Both the position numbers and the translations under genes were made by a program. Below the pieces are notes generated by a model, which was not told the DNA's origin, did not search any database, and saw nothing but the letters and a program-made list of their open reading frames with translations. A stretch of 60,000 bases of DNA, taken from positions 8,682,001 through 8,742,000 of the forward strand of contig OZ249436.1 of assembly GCA_965235115.1 (NCBI GenBank), given 5' to 3'. How positions within the stretch are numbered: position 1 is the first letter of the stretch; each line of letters opens with the position of its first letter. This document shows, one piece after another, positions 49,207 through 60,000 of this stretch. The DNA is from Laetmonice hystrix. Taxonomy: Eukaryota.

Positions 49207-52200
49207 GGGCCAGTTTTTCTAGAAATGTACAATTGGCCAAAATGACACCTTGGTCTCTTCGCAAGCCTGTAAATTATTGCTACTACCACCTAGGGCCCCT
49301 TTTTTGGTAACATTTCATGCAGGAGATCCTAAGCTTTCATAAAATATATACATTGTTATACTTTGGTACAACTCCTAACAAGCTGCAACTAATAGAAACT
49401 GAAAAATTGAGGAAAATTACCTTTTTTGCTCATAAATTAAGGCTTTGACACCCTATATCGTTTACAAACACATTGTGATCCTTATTTTGATACTTGCTCA
49501 TTGATCTATCATGGCTATATTGACATTCAAGGTGTATTGCAGGCCAACCAGGTGGTGGGGTTTTTTTTGATGGAGGATGGAGATTTTGTGTCAATTTTTA
49601 GGAACGTGCAAAACTTCTTTTTCTTCTATTATACTTTATCACATTGAACACTTATAAAACAGAAGTATATCCATTGCTGTAATCTACATGTAGTTCTCTA
49701 TATTGTGTTAAAGTCCTATTGGTGTAGCCAGAGCAGTGAAAAACTTATTAACTCCCAAATCTCAGCAGTCTGGTTTTATACCAAAAATGTTTCTCACGTT
49801 CCTCAGATGGAAGATCTCATTTAACTTCCACATAAGATAATATCTTGCACATTTAACACTTCATTACCTACCTTGCTAGATAATTCATTCTATAAATAAG
49901 ATTACTTTAGAAGAAACGGCCCTTTGAATTGCATTTATGATAGAAATATCGAATGTTGGAACGTGAGAGAGATGGGAACGTGAGTAATGGGGGGAAAGCA
50001 TCTCACCGCATTTTTACCCTGTTCACTGGATAGAACGACGCAGCACGTTGTGGGAAAGAGGAAAGTCGAAAGTGTGGTAAGTATCTAGCACTTTTTGAAA
50101 CATTATAAAGCGTTTCTACAGAATTATGGATGTATACATGTTGGCAAATGCCAGTCCGGATGTGAAATACATCGTTTTGGATCTAATTGACAAAATATAG
50201 GGATGTAATTAACCCTTCTTGCAATGTTTGTTTAACTTTGGGAAAGATTGATGTTTCCAATCGTGCCTCGTGCTTGAGCGGTAATACAGCAGGCATTTCG
50301 CTGGCTGCTTTCAAACGACTCAAGGTCGTTTCATTCCGTGAGAAGTGGAACGTGAGTAATATGAATAGTGAGCCTTTCCAGAGGTTATATTTGATGTTAT
50401 TTTTCAACTTTGGCCAAGTAATTGTGCATAAATATGAATGAATAAAGATATAAATGTGTCTCCGTTTAGGTGGTTTAACGTTGTCCATCGGAGGCTTGAA
50501 CATACCCCTTACTCACGTTCCCTCTGTCTTTATTGTCCAATATCATCGCTGTTTTGAAGTGCTGTGATTTTATCATTTATTATTAAACACAATTAAATCA
50601 TTTGTTCATTATCTCTTCTATAAATTGAACCTATGTTTAGCCTTTTAATTAATGTAAACGCTGAGAAAAATGCATAAATTCATGAATCGGGAACGTGAGT
50701 AAGAAAAGTGTCTCACGTTCCTCCACATATCACAAACCCTGTTTTTTATAAACGACAGCAGGCTTACATCACTTCCTATATGTTATTTCATATACTAATG
50801 ATGACAAAATTCAAACTATATGTATTTGAATAGATATTTATATGTTGTCTTCTCTCAGAGTTGGGTAAAAAAACTTACTCACGTTCCACAACTGCTCAAC
50901 AACACTCCACAACAACAACAAAAAATTGAAAAAATATTTCAATCCCAATAATATTCTAAATTCAGATGTGTTTATGTATTACCTTTAGATATCCAAATCC
51001 AAATTTAGAAATTTATTTTTTTGGTCATTCTGACATATTCCATTTTTTGGTGCTGGACATGGCTGGGTTGAATACCAATCCTGGGTAACCATGGAATACC
51101 AGTCCTTGTGTGTCCAGCCTCTTATCTAGTGGCTGGTGGCTTTTTGAAATGCAAAAAGCACATTTCAAAAGTAGAACAGGCCCCAACCCCTGGATAGTTG
51201 ATTGGTTTTGAAGTGGCACTTTTTTGGAAATTTTACTTGACTGTCCCACAGGCCTGTCCCTGCCTTTTAATCTTACATTAAAAATAGGAACAATCCTGGT
51301 TCCACTAAGGCATTGACTTAAATTTTAAACATGTATATATTCCATTTTGTTTGTTTGAGCCTTTATAACATGTTTAAGTATTTTCATAGGTCACAAGTTT
51401 CACAGTCATGAGGAGGACGAATACAGAGTCCCAGCTGGACTGGAGGCTAAAGAAGAAGGCGGAAGTCGGGGAGGGGGAGTTCAGGGCAAGGCAAAGTCAA
51501 CGAATTTGAACTGATTGAATCATGTACAGGAGGGTTTGAGAATGCAATTGTTGTAAAACTATTTTATTATTCAGAGTTTTTCAAGAGAGAAAATTCATGC
51601 TAGAAATTGCAAAGTAATTTTAATCAGCGAAGTCTCTTCCTCAAGGTAACATTTTGGGAATTTATGGGGCTATGATGAAGTTTTCCATGATAAAATCAAG
51701 GAATGTAACATTTTTACGGTTTAAATATAAATTTTCGAGAGTATTGGATCATATTTGACCTTCATAAGTGCCTTTGGGAAAATTGATGACCTTGAGGAAC
51801 GTGAGAAACTTTTTTTAGGGAACGTGAGTAATATATCAAATGTTCTTATTCCAAGGGCTTCACAGCCATGTAATGCAAAGTCAACGAATTTTAACTGATT
51901 GAATCATGTACAGGAGGGTTTGAGCATGCAATTGTTGTAAAAATATTTTATTATTCAGAGTTTTTCAAGGGAGAAAATTCATGTGAGAAATTGCGAAGTA
52001 ATTTTCATCAGCAAAGTTTTTTCTTTGTTGTAAAATTTTTAGAATTTATGTGCCTCTGATGAAGTTTTCACAGATAAAATAAATTTGATATGTTTACAGT
52101 CTAAATAAAACTTTTTGGGCGTTTTCGATCTTATTTAGTCTGCCTTTGATAAAAGTATGGACATGGTGGAACGTGAGAAACCTTTTTGGGAACGTGAGTA

Positions 52201-52781
52201 ATAATAATAGGTGTCAATTTATTAGCTTACTGTGACATGCAAATCGGATAGAAATGAAATATAATGCTTGTTTTATAATAATAAGATGTGTGAAAAGGTA
52301 ATGAAACAGTTTTAACATGCATATTTGGCACCTAAAAAGAAGTAGAGAATAGAGAATATTGTGAATATCTGATGGACATGATCCAGGAATTTTGGCAATT
52401 TCAGACCTATATTTTGGCTAACTGTTTCATAAATATATATTTGCTCCACATTGTTCATATCTGGCACATATCAGGGGAATTTTGTTAAAATTTAATGGGC
52501 CAAATATAACTTTGTTCATTTAAATACAAGAGAAGGAAATTGCAAATATCTGAAGCAATGTCCAAAATCTTACTCACGTTCCACGAAAAGGAAGTACCCT
52601 TTTTTTGAGGGCTCTAAAAACTGACTGGATAGGAATTCCTGAGTATAATTAACTTTTTCAGAAAGCTAAAATGTTCCTTTATCATAATCAATGCAAACGA
52701 TATAGGTTGGGAAAAGTTTTTAAAATTCCATATTCTCTTGGCCGCTGAGGGCGAATTGTACATTTCTAGAAAAACTGGCCC
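49207..52781. mobile_element. 3.6-kb non-autonomous DNA transposon (Sola2-like termini)
   Basis: 28-bp TIR gggccagtttttctagaaatgtacaatt, 4-bp TSD gtat/gtat, dispersed ggaacgtgag motifs, no long ORF. Confidence 0.88.
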
Positions 52782-54947
52782 GTATAGGGACCCCCGTGGT
52801 TACAATACGGTTGGGAAGAGATATATTGATATAAAGTATAGCCTAACGATCCATGCGAATCACTGAAAATAATGTGCTCTTACAGCTCAAATATCTGCGT
52901 CGGTATTTAAGGAGAATTTCCCCGGCATCGACCTTTTTATAAATACCGACCGATACTAATCAATCAGAAATAAATCCCCTCAATCGGTCACGGTACCGCT
53001 GTGACGTAGGACAGGCTCTGAAAAGTATACAAATCGTATGTCTATACACAGAGACAATAGTTCTTCCTGCAATTTTAAAGGACATCTTCATTCACAAATA
53101 GATAACAGAACAAAGGGGATTTTTGAAGAAGGTTTCTCGACGACTGAAAGAACAGAATACCTGTTTGTGTAGCGGTCGGGTGCACATGCATGCAGGACAG
53201 AGCTGGTGGAGTCATTGGAGCCCGTGTGCTGACCCGCATCAATGTTATAGCAGACGGCATGGCGGCCCACTGGTGGGTTTCGACCAGCGATACAAAAAGA
53301 AAACGCTCACAACTTTATTATTAATGACCAAACATATCTGAAACTTTTCATACGGGCCCTCAATGCCTACCCAACCAAGCATGTATTTACGCTAAATATC
53401 TCATTCCACGTCCATGCATGGGTTGTCTCCGGGGCACTGGGCTCGCAGAATGTTGTGACGATTCGACCCAAGTCTTTTTATCAAGGAAGCAGTACTTCCT
53501 CCTCTAACACCCCCACCTCCTTCCATCTGTGACGTAACTGTAGCGAGGTGATAAAACAGGATGCCAGGATATTGGACACTGCGATACACATCCAGACCTG
53601 CACAGAACACTAACAATCACGAAACAGCTGGGATATTCTGTCAACAACATTATCAGTATCAAAGTATATAATTATTCGAGGTGATATGGCATAAACAACC
53701 TGAATTACGAAATTTCAGACCAACGTCGAATTCAAACGTCTCTAATCGTCCCAAAGGTCCGTAGATCTATACTTGTCACTCAATACTTGTAATATAATAC
53801 GTGACGGAGGCACTACTTTATAATATGACATGTTTCAACCTTCCATACAATTTTGTATAAGAACAGACATGCCTCAAAGTGGGACTTTACACCCTCCTTT
53901 TTTCGTCAGAGAACCTCTAAAACCTTTATTCTGCTCCAAGACTCTACACCTTTTTTCAAACCCCAAAACGGGAATATTGCATTTTAGTCATTATACTTTA
54001 CTTAGTAGTCGTACTCGTAATTAAATTTTGCCGTTTTATGACAAGTTCTTGGATTCAAGAGAGCCGACAACACAAGGGTTGCTGTAGCCTATATAACAGG
54101 TCTCGACTCACAGCGAGCGTCGTCCAAAGCTGGCTAGGGGGTCACGTGATGGAATTCCCCCTCTCAAATGCAAATGTCAGATCGGTGTCGAAGGGGTGAT
54201 GTGTATTTATCGATCGTCATTCTCAAATGAAAACTATAGATAGACGTGTGCTTCCTTTGAACCCGTTTGTCACTACAGATGATCTCAAACACATCTCAGG
54301 CACATGATGGTATAGTGACAGACAGGAAGGAAATGGTTTATTTTAAATGTATCGATTGCGTTTCTCTCACTTTAATCATACATTTATAGTTGCTCTTTAT
54401 TTTGGATGATTTGGCTCCTTTTTTAATATTTTAAACCTTTAAAAGGGACTTTTTCCGTCATCCCAGCTTTGAGGCCTGAAGAAAGTTAATTGCCCAGCCC
54501 CAATATATAACGACGAAATTGCCCCCACCAGTATGAATCAGCCTTATCCATTTTCTGCAACCTGGAGTTCAATCAATTAATTGTATACAAAAAAACTCGA
54601 ACAAACGTGCAGATCGACACCAGTGGCAGCTAAAGAGCCTCACCTCGCCACTAACCGTAAAAACATCTTGTCAATAACGATATTCAACGGAGGAATGCCT
54701 TCCTCTGCGTGCGCATCATCATAATGAGCTACGTTACTTAGCAGGAAGCCCTCCTGTTTGTGTTACCTTGAACACCTGTGACGCAGTTTGTGATAAGGGG
54801 GAGTGCAGCTTGGGTTTGTGACAAGGAATATGGGTGATGGCGTGTTTGTGGGCGTGTTTCCCTACCACAGTTAATAGGGCCCCATTGCCTGTCGCTGACG
54901 TCATACCAACGGCGCGCGGTTTTGAAATGTAAACTCTGTTGGCTGTA

Positions 54948-57900
54948 TAGAGCGGGAGCCCAGAAGGTTTATTCATGTAAACGAGGGCAAAAGGTTTGAC
55001 TTCTGGGATGTATAGATTCATTCTCTCATATCTAAGAAGTGGATTGCTGCCGGCAAAAAAAAGCGGCTTTGACCCCCAAAACACCCAAAAAAGGGTGCAA
55101 AAAATGACATTTATTCATGTGAACGAGGGCAAAGCTGAAAACAGTTTCAAATCTTTAGTTGGGCCTCACTGATTATTAAATGGCCATTGACAGCAATTTT
55201 AGATGCGGCTACCCCCCCGACAGCAACCCCCAAAGGGGGGGTAAAAAATTACATTTATTCATGTGAACGAGGGCAAGGCTGAAACTAGTCTAGAAATGTT
55301 CGTTGAGTGTCTCTGAATACCAAATGACCAATGACAGCAATTTTGAGAGCGGCTTTACCCCCGACAGCAACGTTCAAAGTACCCCCCCCCCCCCCGACAC
55401 TAGGAGTTGGACGGAAATAACATTTATTTATGTGAACGAGGGCAAGGCTGAAACTAGTCTAGAAATGTTCTTTGAGTGTCCCTGAATACAAAATGACCAA
55501 TGACAGCAATTTTAGATGCGGCTACCCCCCTGACAGCAACCCCCAAGGGGGGCGGGGGGGGGGTAAGAAAATTACATATATATTCATGTGAACGAGGGCA
55601 AGGATAGAAATAGTCTAGAAATGTTTGTTGGGTGTGTTTGAATACAAAATGACCAATGACAGCAATTTTAGATGCGGCTCCCCCCCTGACAGCAACCCCC
55701 AAGGGGGGGCGGGGGGGTAAGAAAATTACATATATATTCATGTGAACGAGGGCAAGGATGGAAATAGTCTAGAAATGTTTGTTGGGTGTGTTTGAATACA
55801 AAATGACCAATGACAGCAATTTTAGATGCGGCTACCCTCCTGACAGCAACCCCCAAGGGGGGCGGGGGGGTGTGTGTGTGTAAGAAAATTACATATATTC
55901 ATGTGAACGAGGGCAAGGATGGAAATAGTCTAGAAATGTTTGTTGGGTGTGTTTGAATACAAAATGACCAATGACAGCAATTTTAGATGCGGCTACCCCC
56001 CTGACAGTAACCCCAAGGGGGACGGGGGGGGAGAAAATTACATATATAGAAGTCTATATATTCATGTGAACGAGGGCAAGGATGGAAATAGTATAGAAAT
56101 GTTTATTGTGTGTCTCTGAAAACAAAATGACCAATGGCAGCAGTGCACAAACCACAGTAGACTAAGACAACTACACGGTGGAACAATGGCAACAATAAAA
56201 TTCCTTTGGGGGAAGGGGTGTAAAAATAACATATCTTCTAATTTGAGGAAACCAAACAACAGTAAACAAAAATTAGGTCTAACAACGCTATATAAAGACT
56301 TCCAGCAGCGTAAGTTGGGAGCTCGGAATGTCACCCAGTTCAAGCTTGAAACATTTTAGAAAGTGTTATATCGTTCTATTTGATATTAGTCTCAGGATAT
56401 TATAGCATTGTAATACCTCTGTAAACATCACTGTAGGCCCCTGATCCGACAGAGCATAAATTGCAACCTGGCATATCTATTGTCATATTTAACGTCATTA
56501 TCAAAGTTTTGGGAACTGTTAAATTACTAAACAAAACTCGCTGTAGTTTCTTTTGCAATAATTTCAATGTGAATTGATTCCCACCGCGAGCGTGTTTTGA
56601 AGCACCTGAGTTCAGAAAAATTAAGCTTTTAGTCTGCTAATTACGCCGGTAACGGAGCACATCTGTAATTTATAATACATGTTCCGGAACATCCATATGG
56701 CCCCATAGTTATCGCGTCACCCTGAAACGTGTATAAATCAGATCAGTCCGTATGGCACTCCTGTGCCATACGGACCACCTTATGAAACAATCAGTGTTTA
56801 ATCTACCGATGCGGCTTTCCGAGTAAAACATTGTCATTGACAGCAGTTTAACCATGGCTTCCTCCCTGACAGCAGTGGGGAAGAAGAAGTAACATTATTC
56901 AAGTGGGTGGAAAGAAGTGTGGAACTTAAACGTGTAATTTTGGTGGGTGGGTCGAACTTTGTCTTACTGGGTGGACGCCTTCTTTTCACTGCACAAACCT
57001 GCTGAAGCACTGTGAGTGATAGAAATGATATTCTTGTAGTTCAGAGTTGCATATTTCCCCTAACAATCGCAAATTGGTCCCTTGAAGAGTTGTTCTATAC
57101 GGCTTGCAGCATTCTTTGCTGTTTCCCAGTTATCAGGTTTGAGCTTTAAACTTTGGGGGTTGCTGTTGGGGGGGGGGGGTAGATAGCCGCACCTAAAGTT
57201 GATGTAAAAGACCATTTTATATTAGGTGAGTCCCAAGTGAAGATTTGAGACTGTTTCCAGATTTGCCCTCGTTCACTTGAATTAACGTCACCTTTCACCC
57301 AACCCTGGGCAGGGAGGGGGGGGGGTGACTTTGAACGTTGCTGTCGGCTCTCAAACGGCTCTCAAAATTGCTGCCATTGGTCATTTTGTTTTCAGAGGCA
57401 CACAATAAACATTTCTATACTATTTCCATCCTTGCCCTCGTTCACATGAATTTTCTTACCACCCCCCAGCAGGTTGCTGTCAGGGGGGTAGCCGCATCTA
57501 AAATTGCTGTCATTGGTCATTTTGTATTCAAACACACAACAAACATTTCTAGACTATTTCCATCCTTGCCCTCGTTCACATGAATATATAGACTTCTATA
57601 TGTAATTTTCTTACCCCCCCCGTCCCCCTTGGGGGTTGCTGTCAGGGGGGTAGCCGCATCTAAAATTGCTGTCATTGGTCATTTTGTATTCAAACACACC
57701 CAACAAACATTTCTAGACTATTTCCATCCTTGCCCTCGTTCACATGAATATATAGACTTCTATATGTAATTTTCTTACCCCCCCCCCCGCCCCCCTTGGG
57801 GGTTGCTGTCAGGGGGGTAGCCGCATCTAAAATTGCTGTCATTGGTCATTTTGTATTCAAACACACCCAACAAACATTTCTAGACTATTTCTATCCTTGC

Positions 57901-58548
57901 CCTCGTTCACATGAATATATATGTAATTTTCTTACCCCCCCCCGCCCCCTTGGGGGTTGCTGTCAGGGGGGTAGCCGCATCTAAAATTGCTGTCATTGGT
58001 CATTTTGTATTCAGGGACACTCAAAGAACATTTCTAGACTAGTTTCAGCCTTGCCCTCGTTCACATAAATAAATGTTATTTCCGTCCAACTCCTAGTGTC
58101 GGGGGGGGGGGGGGTACTTTGAACGTTGCTGTCGGGGGTAAAGCCGCTCTCAAAATTGCTGTCATTGGTCATTTGGTATTCAGAGACACTCAACGAACAT
58201 TTCTAGACTAGTTTCAGCCTTGCCCTCGTTCACATGAATAAATGTAATTTTTTACCCCCCCTTTGGGGGTTGCTGTCGGGGGGGTAGCCGCATCTAAAAT
58301 TGCTGTCAATGGCCATTTTATAATCAGTGAGGCCCAACTAAAGATTTGAAACTATTTTCAGCTTTGCCCTCGTTCACATGAATAAATGTCATTTTTTGCA
58401 CCCTTTTTTGGGTGTTTTGGGGGTCAAAGCCGCTTTTTTTTGCCGGCAGCAATCCATTTCTTAGATATGAGAGAATGAATCTATACATCCCAGAAGTCAA
58501 ACCTTTTGCCCTCGTTTACATGAATAAACCTTCTGGGCTCCCGGTCTA
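54948..58548. mobile_element. 3.6-kb foldback element with ~1.2-kb inverted arms (Academ-like termini)
   Basis: TAG...CTA termini, 3-bp TSD gta/gta; arms ~54948-56140 and ~57350-58548 built of ~160-bp tandem units with catgtgaacgagggcaa. Confidence 0.88.
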
Positions 58549-60000
58549 GTATAGTCCTATATCGGAGTCCTACTATGTATTTCATGTTTCTCACATACGG
58601 CCGAGTGCATGATCATCATATTTATACATATTTATACACATCATATAGCTTAAGTTTTAGCCAAGTTATCAATGCAACAGAGGGGAAAAGAGGCCAGAGA
58701 AGGCAATTGCCAAGTTTACCTCGTGAACAAGACAAACGGGCTTCAAAACACACTTATTTAATGTTGTCACAGTACTTTCCCGGGCATCATCATGACTGGC
58801 TTGACTCGCAAAGCGGAAGTAAAAATAAGCCTACTATGTTCTTTCCCCGGTTAGTGTCAAAAGGTAGTCTCGACATCGAATCAACAAAACCTCTCAATTT
58901 TAGTTGACGCAAAGGTCGAATATGGCATGACTATTTTTAGCCTTCAATATATCGCCCGAAATTACTGTTTACGTCAAATGGATTCCAAAGTATCGTACTA
59001 TGCCGTATCGTATCGTATATTAGCGATTCCCATAAAAATATTTTTATATAGAAATAATGATAGACTGATTTTAAAGACGTTTGAGAAAAGTACAAAACTT
59101 CGAGAGCGTTTTTCTCAGTTCTGTCAAAACCCAATAGACTCTATTCGACGGTTCGCCAGAAAGGCAGCGAAGTGTCAAAAGGTTGTCTCGACATGGAATC
59201 AACAACACCTCTCAATTTGATTTTGCGCATACTTTGTGTTAGTGTACACTTCTCAGATGCGCCTCACCCTGGCTGCATTGACATATTCCCAGCATAGCCG
59301 TGAAAAAAAGCCGAGAAAAATACCTTAACCTAAGTTGCTGAAAAGGTCAAAAAATACAATACACCGTATTTTTGGAGCATTTGAATCACTCAGACAGGCG
59401 TGCAAGTACGGCAGTTAATTCGCCGTCCAGCGATCAGCAGAGAGAATCTTTAACTTACATTAAGTTTTTTGTAGCAGTTTCTAACCCACCTGGTAGACTC
59501 TTTGGGCTTACATTGTAAGCTTAACACATGAATAGTGTAAGACTGGGCATATTTAAAGGTTTCTCCAGGCCTGAACGCGATGCAAACGCAATAGGAATCG
59601 CTCCACTGCTCTCTTTTTCTTGCATGGTTTTTATCCCATATATTTAATACATCAGACGTTTGAAAATGTGAAATTGTGAACCGAGCAGTTTGATTTTCGT
59701 TGCCCACCCTGTTTGCGCATGAGCACTGAAGGCCAGTAAGGGAGCATAATTATCATCACACAAGGAGCCAAGCACTCCTCCATTATGGCCCGAGATCGAG
59801 GCCCCCTTCTTAGATAATAGCTGCTCCCTTCGTTTATTTAAAATGGCCGCCGGTCGTGACGATGCTTAAGTGCCCGCTTGGTTTGAAAAATCACCTGAAT
59901 CTGCTTTGTAGAAGGACTTAAAGGGAAATGTGAGTGTTCAAAGCGCCACCTAGTGAGCCGCGTTGGTACCACGGGGAAAATGTGAGTATTCAAAGCGCCG

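Noticed and set aside
48190..49264. CRISPR-like array or repeat-protein genes (ORFs of 220-322 aa)
   Set aside because: Units are contiguous with no unique spacers, no cas genes, eukaryotic context; ORFs arise because a 30-bp stop-free unit is open in several frames.
55303..58193. Pairs of identical ORFs on opposite strands
   Set aside because: Mirror products of the foldback arms; no recognisable domain, alternative start codons.
58575..60000. Dispersed ~40-bp duplication (58861/59179) and start of a repeat at the window edge
   Set aside because: Likely part of another repeat element, but boundaries run off the window or cannot be defined.

Overview
Eukaryotic (invertebrate animal, intron-rich, AT-rich) genomic DNA, not prokaryotic. 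Two complete, convergent multi-exon genes can be reconstructed by hand with phase-consistent GT-AG junctions: DNA polymerase beta (POLB, + strand, 12 coding exons, 9674-15768, 335 aa) and a delphilin/GRID2IP-type formin (- strand, 27 coding exons, 42455-18557, about 1364 aa; PDZ-PDZ-HHD-PDZ-HHD-HHD-FH1-FH2). A probable third, divergent gene starts at 9026 with a 7-nt 'MCG' first coding exon (Ntn glutamine amidotransferase, GFPT-like). The rest is introns and intergenic DNA carrying non-autonomous DNA transposons (hAT-, Sola-, Academ-like and small MITEs, most with readable TSDs) and many minisatellites. The most striking pattern is that nearly all intragenic tandem arrays start exactly at exon-intron junctions and often copy the splice donor itself. 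Also noted: a U12-type intron and a 12-nt microexon in the FH2 region, a Gly-to-Glu change in the POLB GDxD catalytic motif, a palindromic satellite, and intronic RFX X-boxes. All family assignments are from motif recognition; no database searches were run.
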